From an uncultured Bacilli bacterium (lineage in GTDB: Bacteria > Bacillota_I > Bacilli_A > RFN20 > CAG-826), in the NCBI GenBank assembly GCA_944350325.1, contig CALVOS010000025.1, positions 1 through 52,924 on the forward strand: a stretch of 52,924 nt of DNA, written 5' to 3'. Shown in pieces: positions 52,906 to 52,924 of this stretch; the stretch's first letter is position 1; every line of letters begins with the position of its first letter. The notes beneath the pieces were generated by a model, which was not told the DNA's origin, did no database searches, and saw only the letters and a list, made by a program, of their open reading frames with translations. Both the position numbers and the translations under genes were made by a program.

Positions 52906-52924
52906 ACGCGTGCGCCACTCGAGT

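Noticed and set aside
1-52924. CRISPR arrays, IS elements, integrases, prophage or toxin-antitoxin/defence modules
   Set aside because: No direct-repeat/spacer arrays, transposase, integrase or recombinase motifs, or terminal inverted repeats were noticed. The gene content is housekeeping throughout. I could only scan by eye, so short or degenerate repeats could have been missed.

Overview
This is a 52.9-kb high-GC chromosomal core region (roughly 55-60% GC by eye, not computed). Gene order is of the Bacillota/Mollicutes type. The minus strand carries dnaX-ybaB-recR-tmk-holB-ricT-rsmI. The plus strand carries prfA-prmC-tsaC-rpiB-comFA-comFC-secA-prfB-yitT-uvrB-HAD-secG-folD. Other content: an arginine-to-putrescine module, a Y-family polymerase/YolD pair, rmuC, one tRNA-Ala(CGC), an anaerobic ribonucleotide reductase locus, mscL, nadE, and envelope genes (lipoprotein 5'-nucleotidase, YfhO, GtrA-like). 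I call 47 CDS, 1 tRNA, 7 hairpin terminators and a set of promoters. I saw no CRISPR, rRNA, transposase/integrase or obvious mobile DNA. The genetic code is standard: UGA is used as a stop and is the prfB +1 frameshift codon. A flavodiiron protein and class III RNR suggest an anaerobe.

Most notable observations:
1. NrdD carries a C-terminal glutaredoxin-like CPNC domain and is translationally coupled to a thioredoxin reductase.
2. A ThyX-fold protein with a degenerate ThyX motif is coupled to folD.
3. A single ORF fuses arginine decarboxylase to agmatine deiminase, followed by aguB.
4. At least 14 operon-leading genes have a -10 hexamer 6-9 nt upstream of the start codon and no Shine-Dalgarno sequence, implying leaderless mRNAs.
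5. There is a Cys-phosphatase-NUDIX fusion, and a NadE whose glutaminase domain looks inactive.
6. An unexplained AT-rich spacer of about 590 bp lies upstream of nrdD.
7. A 32-aa leaderless small membrane ORF is missing from the ORF track.

The many long antisense ORFs are rejected as high-GC artefacts. All functional calls come from motif recognition by eye; no database search or computation was run.
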